Below, in pieces: positions 1-9,698 of a stretch of 64,000 bases of DNA. Both the position numbers and the translations under genes were made by a program. The DNA comes from a virus. The notes beneath the pieces are model-generated. The model did not search any database and was not told the DNA's origin. It saw only the letters and a program-made list of their open reading frames with translations. Numbering within the stretch: the first letter of the stretch is position 1; each line of letters opens with the position of its first letter. The stretch spans positions 1 to 64,000 of the IMG/VR virus record IMGVR_UViG_3300037851_000057. The stretch is one strand, 5' to 3'.

Positions 1-1893
1 GGGGCCGTGCTTCTCCGCCAACTCGGCCATGAGCGCCGGCCGGTCAAAGTCATCCGCCCATTCGGATGGGAACTTGTCCTTGATGGCCTCCCACACCGCC
101 GTGGTCTGTTCCTTGGTCGGGGTAGACGAGCGCTCCGCCACGAGGGCCCGCCACTCCTCCCGCTCGCCCTCGGTCAGCTCGCGGTAGTAGAAGCGATGCC
201 CCAGCTCGTGGACCATGACGCTGGACGGGTAGGCTTCTCGGAAGCCCGGGGAGTAGATGGTCACGTCCCCCTTGCCGGCCTTCTCACGCTCGCCGCTCGG
301 GGTCCACGTCTCATAGGGGTGATAGGTGCCCGCGGCAAAGAAGCGCCCGTGCGCCGTGTCGCTCTCCGTGCGGTACTTGGTGGGGCGGAAGTCCATGTAG
401 ACGGTGAGGTCCTTCACCGCGGACGGGAAGCCAGCCTTCTTGATCTGGTCAATGGCCAGCTCCATGGCGCGGATATTGGCCCCCACGCTCGCCTTCTGTT
501 CCTCGGTCGCGTGCTGGAGCTGGAGGCGGAACTTGGTCCCGCCGCGGCCGGACACCTCCGAGGTCACCGGGTTGGCTCGCTCGTTCCCAAAGCGCACCTC
601 GCGTTGGGCCTTGGTCGCCGCCGTGGTGGCCGCCGAGGCTTCCTGGACGAGGTTGAAGTAGCGGGTGATCTTGGCCTTGGCTTGGCGAGCCCACTTCTCG
701 GGTTCCTTCTCCCGGGTCAAGTTGTCGAACGCTTGGATCATGAGCTGACCGGGAGGGCCGAGCTTCTTGGCCGTCTCCCACGCCGTCTGCATGAGCGCCG
801 AGACTTCGGGGTCCGAGTGTTTCCGCTCGGAGGTCTGTTCCTCATGCTTGGCCAGATCGTAGTTGAGGGCGTCCACCATGCCCCAGATCGGCCGAATCAT
901 CCGGGAGAAGGGCTCCTTAGTGTCCTCGTAGAACTTGGACTCGATGCGTTGCGTCTCTTGGTAGGACGCGCCCCGCTCCCACGCGGCATGTTGCTCGTCC
1001 CGGTAACGCTGCAAGATGGGCTGGATGGCTTCCACCACGCCATGAAGCTCGTCCCGATACCACCCAAACAACTCGGACTTCGCGGCGTAGTCCATGAGCG
1101 AATGGTACTTCTCATAGGGGTCGAACAAGCGTTGAAGCTCTGAGCGCCGGGCCTCCAGCATCTTGGCCCAATGGGCCGTGGGCTTCGGGCGCGTGACGGC
1201 CGGCCCTTGATCGGGGTCGTAGCCGCCCAGGGTCGCGTCAATCTTTCGCAGGGCTCGCCACGCGGCATCCTTGACGTTGTGGGTCTGGCGGAACAGCTCG
1301 TTCAATACGATCTCGCTGACCCACGTTTCCTTTCCAGTCTCATCGTGCTTCACGTAGAGCTGGCGGACGCCTTCCTTGGTCGTGCGCTCTTTCAGCACCT
1401 CCAGGTGGCCAGGCTGACCCTTGTGCTTCACGGCCACCTTGTCGCCCACTTGGTAGTGGCGGAGGGTCGCCGTGGCCAACACGTTGTACTCGTAGCGGTA
1501 CTTGCCATCCGGGCCGCGCCAACGCCGCACGTACTTGTGATCCGCCCCCTTCTCCAGGGTGTCCTCGTCCAGGAACTCCAGCTCGGACTTCTCCAGGTCG
1601 ATGGTCGCCCACCGCTCGGACTTGTCGAACATGGGTGTCCGGCCGGCCTCGGTGAGCACGCGACCAATGGCCGCGACCATCTTGTCCAGAGTCTTGCGGT
1701 ACTCGACCTTGGTGTGCTCGTGCAGATCGCGGAGAACGCGGTACTTGAGAGCCGGCTCCTTTTCAGGGAGAGCCTTCTCCAGGTTCTCGGCCAGGTCCAG
1801 AGAGAACGGGCTGACGGCCTCCACGAGGGCCCGAATCAGTTGCTCGCCCTTCTCCTCCAGCTCCTTGGGTGTTGCTTCAACGCTCAGCCTCAT
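1..1893 (-). CDS. large virion-module protein with HExxH zincin motif (N-terminal 631 codons; C-terminus beyond window start)
   Basis: Absent from the track because it has no stop in the window. My own translation from ATG 1893 (GAGGGG upstream) stays open in one GC3-rich frame to nt 1. Contains DHKYVRRWRGPDGKYRYEY and VMVHELGHRFYY (HELGH = nt 196-210). Confidence 0.6.
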   Translation of the reverse strand, partial: MRLSVEATPKELEEKGEQLIRALVEAVSPFSLDLAENLEKALPEKEPALKYRVLRDLHEHTKVEYRKTLDKMVAAIGRVLTEAGRTPMFDKSERWATIDLEKSELEFLDEDTLEKGADHKYVRRWRGPDGKYRYEYNVLATATLRHYQVGDKVAVKHKGQPGHLEVLKERTTKEGVRQLYVKHDETGKETWVSEIVLNELFRQTHNVKDAAWRALRKIDATLGGYDPDQGPAVTRPKPTAHWAKMLEARRSELQRLFDPYEKYHSLMDYAAKSELFGWYRDELHGVVEAIQPILQRYRDEQHAAWERGASYQETQRIESKFYEDTKEPFSRMIRPIWGMVDALNYDLAKHEEQTSERKHSDPEVSALMQTAWETAKKLGPPGQLMIQAFDNLTREKEPEKWARQAKAKITRYFNLVQEASAATTAATKAQREVRFGNERANPVTSEVSGRGGTKFRLQLQHATEEQKASVGANIRAMELAIDQIKKAGFPSAVKDLTVYMDFRPTKYRTESDTAHGRFFAAGTYHPYETWTPSGEREKAGKGDVTIYSPGFREAYPSSVMVHELGHRFYYRELTEGEREEWRALVAERSSTPTKEQTTAVWEAIKDKFPSEWADDFDRPALMAELAEKHGP

Positions 1894-1905
1894 CGGCGCC
1901 CCTCG

Positions 1906-2292
1906 CTAGGTCGTGGGATCGCCCCATACCACATAGACGCCACTGAGCGCTTCGGATGTCGGGTTCTCGACGGTGACTTGGGTGAGGTCCGCCTCCAGGA
2001 ACAGCTTGGCCACACTGGCATCCGGCGCCTTGCGGAGCTGGATGGCCTCGGTGCCTCCGTTCAACCGCACGATGGCGTCCCGGTTCACCTCCAGGTAGAT
2101 GCCCTTCACGAGGGTCACGTCCCCGAACTTCAAGTCCTCCAAGCCGGCTGGATCGATGGCCAGAAGGCTGTTGGCTTGCTTCTCGAACCCGCTCGTGTCG
2201 GTCTGGGCCGAAGTCGCGTCATCGGAGTAGAGCTTTCGCTTCGCGTCGGCGTCTTGCGAAAGCTGGACTTGGACCGTGTGCTTCAAACGCAT
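1906..2292 (-). CDS. hypothetical virion-module protein (128 aa)
   Basis: Track ORF. ATG 2292 is preceded by AGGAGG. Tightly packed between the portal stop (2302) and the next start (1893). No recognisable motif. Confidence 0.6.
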   Translation of the reverse strand: MRLKHTVQVQLSQDADAKRKLYSDDATSAQTDTSGFEKQANSLLAIDPAGLEDLKFGDVTLVKGIYLEVNRDAIVRLNGGTEAIQLRKAPDASVAKLFLEADLTQVTVENPTSEALSGVYVVWGDPTT

Positions 2293-2301
2293 GGGGGCCT
2301 C

Positions 2302-3996
2302 CTACAGGGTCAGGTTGAGCCGGAACTTGCCGCCACCCGCAGGGGTCATGCTCTTAGCCACCGGCTGTTCTTGTTCTTGCCCGCCGTACTGCGTGAGTAG
2401 TTGCTGGAAGTCCACGGGCTCGGCTTCCCCTTCGGCACCGGGTTGACCACCCATCTGGCTACCCGGGGCCATGCCCGGCATCCCACCCTGAGCCGCTTGG
2501 TCCTTGGCCGATGCGAATTGGAGCCACGTCGGGTCCAGGATGCACTCGCCCTTCCCATCGGGAAGCGGCGGGAGGTCATCCTCGGCCCGTAGCTCGTCAA
2601 TGGTCCGCACCGTCTTGACCAGCTTGGTGTTGAGGTCGGCCGTCTCCTCACGGGTGCGGGCGTCCATGCCCATGAACTTGAACTCGAAGTTCTCGTTGAT
2701 GGGCCAGATCACCCACTGGTTGATGCACGCCTCAGCGAAGCGCAAGAGCGGGCGCAAGCCGCGCTCCTTGGACTCGACGATCTTCTCCTTGTTGTTGGCC
2801 TCAGTCATTCCAGACTTCTGGCCCGTGTTGCCGTACTTGAAGTTGATCTCCACCGGGTCGATGGTGAACATGGCACACGCGATCTTGATCAAGAAGTCGA
2901 ACCAGGCGTTGTACTCCATATCCCGGTTGCTGTTCTGCATCGCCACCCACTGGAGATCCTCAGCGTTGGTGATGGGTGTGCGCCAAGCGTTCTCGACTCC
3001 AGAGATCATCTGATACCAGTGCCGCCGAAACGCCTTGAGCTGTCGTTCTGGGATGGCGCCCTTGAAGTTGAGCACGCCTTTCTGGGAGCTGCCCTGGGAG
3101 AACGCCTTTTGGTTGTAGTCCCACCCGAACAGGATGGCCGTGATGACCACCATGAGCATTTCCAGCTCGCTCACGCCGTAGCCGAACAGGCGGATGTCCG
3201 TGCGAGGGTTCCGCACGCCGAAGCACAACTCCTCCTGGTTGTACTCCGAGATGATCATGCCGTCGTAAATCTGGACGTAGCGGACGGCCGTTTTCTCGTC
3301 CTCGTTCAAGTAGGTGCTCGCCGTGTCCGCCAACCGGAACGTGCTCGCGTCCACCGCGTAGAACTCGGTCGGCCGGCCCATCCGGTCGGGGACCACCTCC
3401 ATGCACGCTTGGTCGTACACGAGCGAGTCCCACATGAACTTCCGAAGGAACTTCTCGAAGCTGTCCCGGCCGCGGGGGTTATCGGTGATGCCTGTCCTGA
3501 GCATCATCGTCTCGGCTTGCTTGATCCACTTGGCCTCGGCCGGAGTCGGCTCGTGAGTCGCCTCACGGGTGCGGATCTTGAAGCCCAAGTCGTAGCGGTC
3601 CCGGCTCACCTGAGAGAAGGCCGCCATTTGCTGGATGCGGGTCTGGATGATGGCCTGGAGGATGGGGGTCCGCCACGCCATCGCCTTGAGGGTGCCGTAG
3701 GTGACCGCGCTCGGCCGTTCCTTGTACCCGAGCTGTTCGATGATGGCGAACGGGTCCCAGAACAGGGTCTTGGGGTCCTGGTCCGTGGGCTCGTCCGGCA
3801 TGGGCTCGCCCTCAGCGGTGTCCATCTGGTCACCGCCCGGGGCAGTCTCTTGCGAGTCCTCGCCTTCGGGGTCCGGCGTTGCCGGCTCGGCCTTCATGAG
3901 GGGAAGCGCATCTTCCCCCGAAAGGTCGCCCAGCGCCTCAGCCGTCGCTCCAGCCAAGCCGCGGCCGATATGTCGTAGTCGTTCTTGCCAGCTCAC
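2302..3996 (-). CDS. portal protein
   Basis: 564-aa ORF in the packaging/head module. Portal-like core (..GYGVSELEML.., ..WFDFLIKIACAMFTIDPVEINF..) with an acidic low-complexity C-terminus. GTG start at 3996 with GGAAGGGGA upstream. Confidence 0.8.
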   Translation of the reverse strand: MSWQERLRHIGRGLAGATAEALGDLSGEDALPLMKAEPATPDPEGEDSQETAPGGDQMDTAEGEPMPDEPTDQDPKTLFWDPFAIIEQLGYKERPSAVTYGTLKAMAWRTPILQAIIQTRIQQMAAFSQVSRDRYDLGFKIRTREATHEPTPAEAKWIKQAETMMLRTGITDNPRGRDSFEKFLRKFMWDSLVYDQACMEVVPDRMGRPTEFYAVDASTFRLADTASTYLNEDEKTAVRYVQIYDGMIISEYNQEELCFGVRNPRTDIRLFGYGVSELEMLMVVITAILFGWDYNQKAFSQGSSQKGVLNFKGAIPERQLKAFRRHWYQMISGVENAWRTPITNAEDLQWVAMQNSNRDMEYNAWFDFLIKIACAMFTIDPVEINFKYGNTGQKSGMTEANNKEKIVESKERGLRPLLRFAEACINQWVIWPINENFEFKFMGMDARTREETADLNTKLVKTVRTIDELRAEDDLPPLPDGKGECILDPTWLQFASAKDQAAQGGMPGMAPGSQMGGQPGAEGEAEPVDFQQLLTQYGGQEQEQPVAKSMTPAGGGKFRLNLTL

Positions 3997-4014
3997 GTCG
4001 ATCCCCTTCCGCGG

Positions 4015-6963
4015 TTACCTCCGCGTGCGGAACACCACCACGTTCTCGGGAAGGCCAACCATCACGTCGGCTTCCTCGGGGCGTGGCTGGAGGATGGGAT
4101 CGTGTGCGGACTTCTCCAGGATGGTCCCGGAGCCGCCGCCAACGTGCGCGGAATGGGGCAGGAGACGGTTGACGGTCTGACCGTTACCGCACTCGGGGCA
4201 GGACGTGTAGAACGCGGGGTAGCTCACGCCACACGCCTCACTCTTGCACAGGACGCTCTTGCGGATGACGGTGCCCGGAGGCGCCAGCGTCGGCTCGTGA
4301 CCGCCCTCGTAGAACTCGCTCTTGAGCAAGCCCTCGGTGGCCGCGTCCACGTCGCCCATGCTGCTCATCATGTAGGGGTGGTCTGCCACGCCTACCCGAA
4401 CATCCTCGCTCTTGGTCAGCTCTTGGACCTTGAGCGCGTGTTCACGAGCCACCATCGCCCGCTGGCCGGCTGGGGTGAGGGACTTCTCCCTCACCTCCTC
4501 CTCCAGGGCGGTCTTGCCATCGGTCATCTGCTTTTCGGGGTCACGTTCCTCATCGTTGAGGGTGTCCTTGTCGATGACCGGGTTGCCGCCCACGTCCTCC
4601 GGGGTGCCAGCGCCCGCGCCCTGGGGCACGGACTTGGCCGGGCTCGGAGCGTCGATGCCCGAGGTCCCGGGCTTGCCGCCCGAGCCGCCCTTGGCATCGC
4701 CCACCCGGTCGCCACCGAAGTCACGGGTCTTGCCCGCCAGCTCGCCGCCGTCCGGGCTCTCGCCCACTTCCTTGCTCTTGGAGTAGCCGAGGTCGCACTT
4801 GTTGTCAGGCATCGGGTCCTCCAGACTCTTGCTCAGGTATTCGCCCAAGGCTTCCAGACCTGTTCTCATGGACTTCTCCATTCCTTTACGGGCTGAGCCG
4901 GAGGCCACAGCGCCAAAATACTTCCGTTGTTGTTCCGTGATCGGTTGGCCGTGAACCGTACCATCGTGGAGGATCTGTCGCGCCTTCTGGGGCGTCAGGT
5001 CCCCCTTGGTCATGCACTTCTCGGCCTCCATGCGGGCCAGCTTGGTGTAGTAGTCCGGGTCCTCGGTCAGGTGGTCCATGGCAATCTCCCGCGCCTTGGC
5101 GGGGTCGCCCGTGTGCTCCATCTCCACCTTCTGGCCTTGCGACAAGGCTTGCCGGTCGAAGTCCTCGGGGCTCTTGCCGGCCGCCATGCCGCCCGGAATC
5201 TTCTCGGCCTTCTCCAGGAAGTCCCCAAGAGCGCCGAGCCCTTCCAGAGACTTCTTGGTGCCTTCCCATTGCGTTTTCAGGTGCTCGTGAGTCCAGCCTT
5301 GCTGCCATGCACGGAGGATGTCCGCCGCGCCCTCACCCACCTTGTACCCCTCGATCAGCTTGCTGACCTTGGGGTCATTCGCTGGAATGGAACCACCGCC
5401 CGCCAGCTTGTGAGCACGCCCCAGCTCACGGGCTTGCGCCACACGCTTCTTGTGGTCGGCATCGCTACCCCGACCCGAAGCGGGCGCCGGCTTCTCGTCA
5501 TGGGCATGATGCACATGATCACCCGGCTTGGCCCGGGCCACTTGGTAGTGCTGCCCCAGGTTATGCTTGATCTCGTCTTTGAAGTTCTTGGCCCCCGTGT
5601 CCAGGTAGGTGGCCATGTTGCGATGCGCCGCCGCCAGGTAGTTGTCCCCACCGGCATGGGCTTGGTCACCCCATTCACGATGTTGCGTCGCCGATGCCCC
5701 CGCCGTCTGCTCGTGGAAGGCTTGCTCCGTGTATGAATGCCCCGACCGGTACGTGTAGGTGTAGTGCCCGGGCGTGCCTTCTCGCTTGAGGTACTTGTGC
5801 CCGCCACCGCCCGCCTTCTCCATCCAGTCGCCGAGCGCTTCCAGCCCCATGGACTTGCCAAAGGGCTTCCGTCCGGGCGCCGGCTTGGCTGGCGGAGCCG
5901 CTGGAGCGCCCCCCACGGGGGCCCGAGGGGCCGCCGCTTGCGCCGGCTGAGCCGGGGGCGTCGCCGGGGCGGGGGTGCCCCCTGGAAGCGCCTGGCGAGG
6001 CGCCGGAGGGGGTGTTCCCGGGGGCGTCTGGGGAGCTGGGCCCGCTTGGGGGCCCGCCGCGGGGGGTGTCGGGGGTTTCTGAGCCGGGCCGACCTGGGGA
6101 TGACCCTGCCATGCGGTCGGGGGGCCACTCATCATGCCGGGTTGCTGTCCGCCCACGAGCGGGGTCTGGGGGGTGGACCCCGGCCGTGGGGGTTGGGCCG
6201 CGCCCGCGGATGGAACCGGGGGCGTAGCCTTCGGGGGAGGCGGAGGCGGAGCCTTCGCCGGATTGCTCTGGTTGGGTCGGACGCCCTTCGGCGCCGGAGG
6301 TTGACCGGGACCCTGGGGTGCTCCCGGTTGGGGGGCCGCTTGCCCCGGCTGTCCGGGTTGCTCACCGGCCGGCTTGTTCCAGCCCGGGTGATGCACGTCC
6401 TTGTGGTAGACGGTCATGCCCGAGTCGCTGTTGTAGCCGCGGACGCTGAGCTTGCCGTGATGGGGGTCGTTGATCTCGTCCGGTAGCTCACCGCCGCCCT
6501 TCTGGGGCAGACCGCTCACATGGAACAGGCCGCCCGCCACACCCTTGGCCTCGACGGGGACCGCTTCACGAGCGAAGCCCGTGGCCGGGTCCATGACGTG
6601 TCGGCCGGGCTGGTACTCGTGGTAGCCCACCGTGTTGTTGTCCGTGTTGTAGCCAGCTCGAACCCAATGCTTGCCGCCGTGTTCCAGGTGTCGCGGAGCT
6701 TGGTCCTCGTGACCGGGCGCCGTCTTGGTGACCAGCACCTCACCCCAATCCTTCACGGAATGGGGGCCACGCTCCAGCGCTTGCAATGGCTGGCCACTCG
6801 CCGTCTGCCCGATGACGCCCTCCCCATTGCCTTCCTGGGGTTGGTCGTAGGTGTACTGGTAGGCGCCAGGGCTTCCCGTGCGTTGCGCGTACTTGTGTCC
6901 GGCACGCTCGCCGCCTTCTGCTTTTTCCAGAAACTCGCCAAGCTGACTCAAGCCGTCGTTCAT
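4015..6963 (-). CDS. giant proline-rich head-module protein with repeated LGxFLEKA/GHKY..Y.YTY modules, an EMEHT..DHL.EDPDYY domain and a C-terminal zinc ribbon
   Basis: Track ORF 4015..6984. ATG 6963 has GAGG 7 nt upstream; the alternative GTG 6984 overlaps the upstream stop as GTGA. ~180-aa P/A/Q-rich centre. C-terminal CKSEAC..CPEC. Confidence 0.7.
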   Translation of the reverse strand: MNDGLSQLGEFLEKAEGGERAGHKYAQRTGSPGAYQYTYDQPQEGNGEGVIGQTASGQPLQALERGPHSVKDWGEVLVTKTAPGHEDQAPRHLEHGGKHWVRAGYNTDNNTVGYHEYQPGRHVMDPATGFAREAVPVEAKGVAGGLFHVSGLPQKGGGELPDEINDPHHGKLSVRGYNSDSGMTVYHKDVHHPGWNKPAGEQPGQPGQAAPQPGAPQGPGQPPAPKGVRPNQSNPAKAPPPPPPKATPPVPSAGAAQPPRPGSTPQTPLVGGQQPGMMSGPPTAWQGHPQVGPAQKPPTPPAAGPQAGPAPQTPPGTPPPAPRQALPGGTPAPATPPAQPAQAAAPRAPVGGAPAAPPAKPAPGRKPFGKSMGLEALGDWMEKAGGGGHKYLKREGTPGHYTYTYRSGHSYTEQAFHEQTAGASATQHREWGDQAHAGGDNYLAAAHRNMATYLDTGAKNFKDEIKHNLGQHYQVARAKPGDHVHHAHDEKPAPASGRGSDADHKKRVAQARELGRAHKLAGGGSIPANDPKVSKLIEGYKVGEGAADILRAWQQGWTHEHLKTQWEGTKKSLEGLGALGDFLEKAEKIPGGMAAGKSPEDFDRQALSQGQKVEMEHTGDPAKAREIAMDHLTEDPDYYTKLARMEAEKCMTKGDLTPQKARQILHDGTVHGQPITEQQRKYFGAVASGSARKGMEKSMRTGLEALGEYLSKSLEDPMPDNKCDLGYSKSKEVGESPDGGELAGKTRDFGGDRVGDAKGGSGGKPGTSGIDAPSPAKSVPQGAGAGTPEDVGGNPVIDKDTLNDEERDPEKQMTDGKTALEEEVREKSLTPAGQRAMVAREHALKVQELTKSEDVRVGVADHPYMMSSMGDVDAATEGLLKSEFYEGGHEPTLAPPGTVIRKSVLCKSEACGVSYPAFYTSCPECGNGQTVNRLLPHSAHVGGGSGTILEKSAHDPILQPRPEEADVMVGLPENVVVFRTRR

Positions 6964-6980
6964 TGCTGTACCTCGTGGAT

Positions 6981-7622
6981 TCACCGCTTGATCAATACGC
7001 CATCCCGGTAGGATAGGCCACCCCTATCCCCACACTCGCACTCCAGAGTATCGGCCACCGCCTTCACCCCGTAGCTTTTCACGAGGTCCTGGAGCTGGCC
7101 GAGGGGCAAGCCTTTGGGGGCACGCTTCACGCGACGGTAGATGGACTTGCGAAGGTCCTCGGGGGCTCGGGATTCCAGCTCTTGGCTCTTGCGTAGCTCA
7201 TCCGGGGTGGCGACGCTCACCATGCTCTTTCGCATGTCGCGGTAGAACTGCATCGAACGCTGGAATAGCGCTTGTCGGGTGGCGCCGTCCATCCGGTCGT
7301 AGAGCATCTTGCCCAGAACGTCTTGGCGGAAGGTCAACTCGTTGGTGCCCCGGACGGCCTTGCTCAGGTGCGAGATCCACTCGCTCCGCTTGGCGTCATC
7401 CATGCCGATGCCGTCCACCACACTGGCCGGGCTCAGGTAGGCGCCGTCATGCGCCAGGAGACGCGCCACAGAAAACTTCGGGGGCTCTTGCTGGGCCAGT
7501 CGGAGGGCTTCGATGTTGTCGCGGTTGGGGACTTGCCCGGGCCACTTGCTCATGACGAACCGCGGCGTCGCCGCGAGGGCCGTGCTCTTGGTCAAGTCAT
7601 CTTGGGGTTTGGCCATCTCCAT
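6981..7622 (-). CDS. hypothetical protein (~213 aa)
   Basis: Track ORF 6981..7634 begins at TTG. ATGs at 7622 and 7616 follow GAGGAG. Lies between terL and the giant protein. Confidence 0.6.
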   Translation of the reverse strand: MEMAKPQDDLTKSTALAATPRFVMSKWPGQVPNRDNIEALRLAQQEPPKFSVARLLAHDGAYLSPASVVDGIGMDDAKRSEWISHLSKAVRGTNELTFRQDVLGKMLYDRMDGATRQALFQRSMQFYRDMRKSMVSVATPDELRKSQELESRAPEDLRKSIYRRVKRAPKGLPLGQLQDLVKSYGVKAVADTLECECGDRGGLSYRDGVLIKR

Positions 7623-7706
7623 CTCCTCACGCAAAAGGGAAGGGCGGGTACTTTGACGAGGAGAGCGACCCCCGAGTCATTTCCACCGCCCAACCCAGCC
7701 TGCAAG

Positions 7707-9500
7707 CTACCAGAAACTTCGGAGCATGTCTGGGGATGGAGCGCCAGTCAGTCCATCCTCTACACCATCATCGTCATCGTCGTCCACAAGGTTCCCGCTG
7801 GCGCCCTCGGTATCGTCCCCGATGCCCAACGCGGTCTTGATGGACGCCTCGATCTCACGCTCGTCACGCTCAGGCTTGGGTTGGTCCTTCTTGTCCTCCT
7901 CAGCGTTCTCCCGCTCCAGCATCTTGTCCAGGTCCTCGGTTTCCACGTCATCGCCGAAGTCGAATGAGAAGCCACCTTGCTTGACGGCTTGATCGCAAAT
8001 CCAGCAAGCCATCGCCGTGTCGTCATGGGTGCCCACGCTCTTGATCTGCCCGTCCACCCAGGTGAGCGCCCGCATTTCCTCGATCCAGGTGTTGGTCATC
8101 TCCACGCTTCGCTTGTCGCCACGGGGGATGCGGAACTTGCCATTCTCCAGCAACACGCGGAGGGATGGCACGCCCTTGTCCAGTTGATGCTTGGCCGCCG
8201 TGGTCACGAACTTGCGGATGGGCAGGTCCGTGGTCCGAATCAGCTCGTCCCCGAAGATGCGTTGCATCTGGTTCGCTTCCAGGAACACGAGGGCGGGTTG
8301 GTACTTCCGGCCGGCATCATTGATCATGCTGAGCTGGCGTTGGTAGCTGAGCCCCTTGCCCCGCTGGATGTCCACGATCCAACGATTCCCGAACTTGTCC
8401 ACGCCCATGGTCCAGATCACCATGTAGTCGGCCTGGGCCGAGCTGGACATTGCGAAGTCCACCCCGATGTAGGTGGTGATTCCGGCCTTCTCCCAGAACG
8501 AGTAGGGCATCCCAAGCCGAATCGCCAGTTGCTCGGTGGGGTCGCCCTTGAACAGCGCCAGGGGGAACAAGCTCATGTCATCGGCCACCGGCTCGCACTG
8601 GAACTCGCGGGTGAACCGAATGGAGCCAATCTCCCGCCGCTTCTGTTGGAGCCGCTTCTTGCTGTAGCGGGCCTCCCAGAGGGGCCGTTCCTCGGGCCCC
8701 TGGAGGGCCTGGTATCGGCGGAACTCGTACTCGGTGTTCTCGGACAGGTCGGCGTAGAGGTCAGCTTGGTGGAAGGGGGTGCCCACCACGATGATCTGGC
8801 CGCCCGGCACGATCATGTTGGAGATGGCCGTGTAGAAATACTCGACCTGCTTCTTGCGGACCACCTCGGAGTAGGCCGTCTCATCGTTCAGGGCGTCATC
8901 CACCACGATCCAGTGGGGGTGGGCGCCGCGGACCTTGGTGCCGAAGCCGCGGGCGTAGATGCGATGCCCGTTGGCGAGCTGGATGGCCGTGCTCGACCAC
9001 TTGCGACCCTTGCCCACGCTCATGTCCGGCATGAGGTGTTGGAGCTTGGGGTTGTTCTCGATCTCGACCTTGATGTCCCCGAGGATGCGGATGGCCTGGT
9101 CTTGGGTCGCCGAGAAGATGTAGCCGATGCCGTTGCGGAGCCGCGCCGCCTGCCACAACGGGTAGGCGAAGTCGAAGAAGAAGGTCTTGCCGTGGTCGCG
9201 GGGAGCGAGGGCACAGATCCGCTTGTAGTTGCGGATCAGGTAGTCCCACTCCTCATGGTGGGGGCCGATCAGGAACTTGCCGTTGTAGGGGTGCTCAGGG
9301 GGCCCGGTCAGGATCTCCAAGGCGAAGGCGCCACAGCATTGCTCAAAGCTGGCCGTGAGAGTGTCCAGGCTCGCCGTGTGCCCGAGAGCGAGGGTCCGCC
9401 GCGTGATCTCTCGCATGACGGACTCTGGAAGGTTCAACTTCGCCGACTCCAAGACGGAGACGGCCTCGAAGGTAGTCTCAGGCTCACGTTCCATAAGCAT
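7707..9500 (-). CDS. terL: terminase large subunit
   Basis: Walker A-like LAPRDHGKTFF, Walker B HWIVVDDALNDE, VVGTPFHQADLY. C-terminal RNaseH-like nuclease (IGVDFAMSS..ADYMVIW, ..THDDTAMA). Start trimmed to ATG 9500 after GGGAGCGACCC. Confidence 0.9.
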   Translation of the reverse strand: MLMEREPETTFEAVSVLESAKLNLPESVMREITRRTLALGHTASLDTLTASFEQCCGAFALEILTGPPEHPYNGKFLIGPHHEEWDYLIRNYKRICALAPRDHGKTFFFDFAYPLWQAARLRNGIGYIFSATQDQAIRILGDIKVEIENNPKLQHLMPDMSVGKGRKWSSTAIQLANGHRIYARGFGTKVRGAHPHWIVVDDALNDETAYSEVVRKKQVEYFYTAISNMIVPGGQIIVVGTPFHQADLYADLSENTEYEFRRYQALQGPEERPLWEARYSKKRLQQKRREIGSIRFTREFQCEPVADDMSLFPLALFKGDPTEQLAIRLGMPYSFWEKAGITTYIGVDFAMSSSAQADYMVIWTMGVDKFGNRWIVDIQRGKGLSYQRQLSMINDAGRKYQPALVFLEANQMQRIFGDELIRTTDLPIRKFVTTAAKHQLDKGVPSLRVLLENGKFRIPRGDKRSVEMTNTWIEEMRALTWVDGQIKSVGTHDDTAMACWICDQAVKQGGFSFDFGDDVETEDLDKMLERENAEEDKKDQPKPERDEREIEASIKTALGIGDDTEGASGNLVDDDDDDGVEDGLTGAPSPDMLRSFW

Positions 9501-9555
9501 GGGTCGCTCCCTGCCCCCGAATCTGCCGGGGCCCGAAGGGATTGTCCAGGCTTGG

Positions 9556-9684
9556 CTACGTGTACTCGGTGGAATCGGCTCCAGCCGTCCGGGGATCAGA
9601 GCGCTTGTACCCGTATCGACCCCCGGCACGCCAGGACGGCGGAGGGGTTTCTTGCTGGCCGCACCGGCACACCCGGGCGCCCAT
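9556..9684 (-). CDS. possible small ORF (42 aa, MGARVCRCGQQ..)
   Basis: GC3-rich frame filling the 198-nt gap between dNK and terL. First in-frame ATG after the dNK stop. No clear RBS. Confidence 0.25.
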   Translation of the reverse strand: MGARVCRCGQQETPPPSWRAGGRYGYKRSDPRTAGADSTEYT

Positions 9685-9698
9685 GTCGTAGACGTGGA

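Noticed and set aside
7-2400. Long plus-strand ORFs (7..1143, 1171..2400; likewise 7977..10394, 45783..47963, 50439..51404, 51407..52903, 58660..60657, 61172..62056 and others)
   Set aside because: They are Leu/Arg/Gly/His-rich antisense shadows of well-supported minus-strand genes, as expected in high-GC DNA. They have no RBS and no motifs. Each lies opposite a gene with clear domain signatures.
5355-6486. Stack of overlapping ORFs on both strands inside the proline-rich region (5355..6128 -, 5675..6112 -, 5737..6486 +, 6132..6365 -)
   Set aside because: CCN/GGN-rich low-complexity sequence is open in several frames. Only the frame continuous with the 4015..6963 protein links recognisable N- and C-terminal domains.
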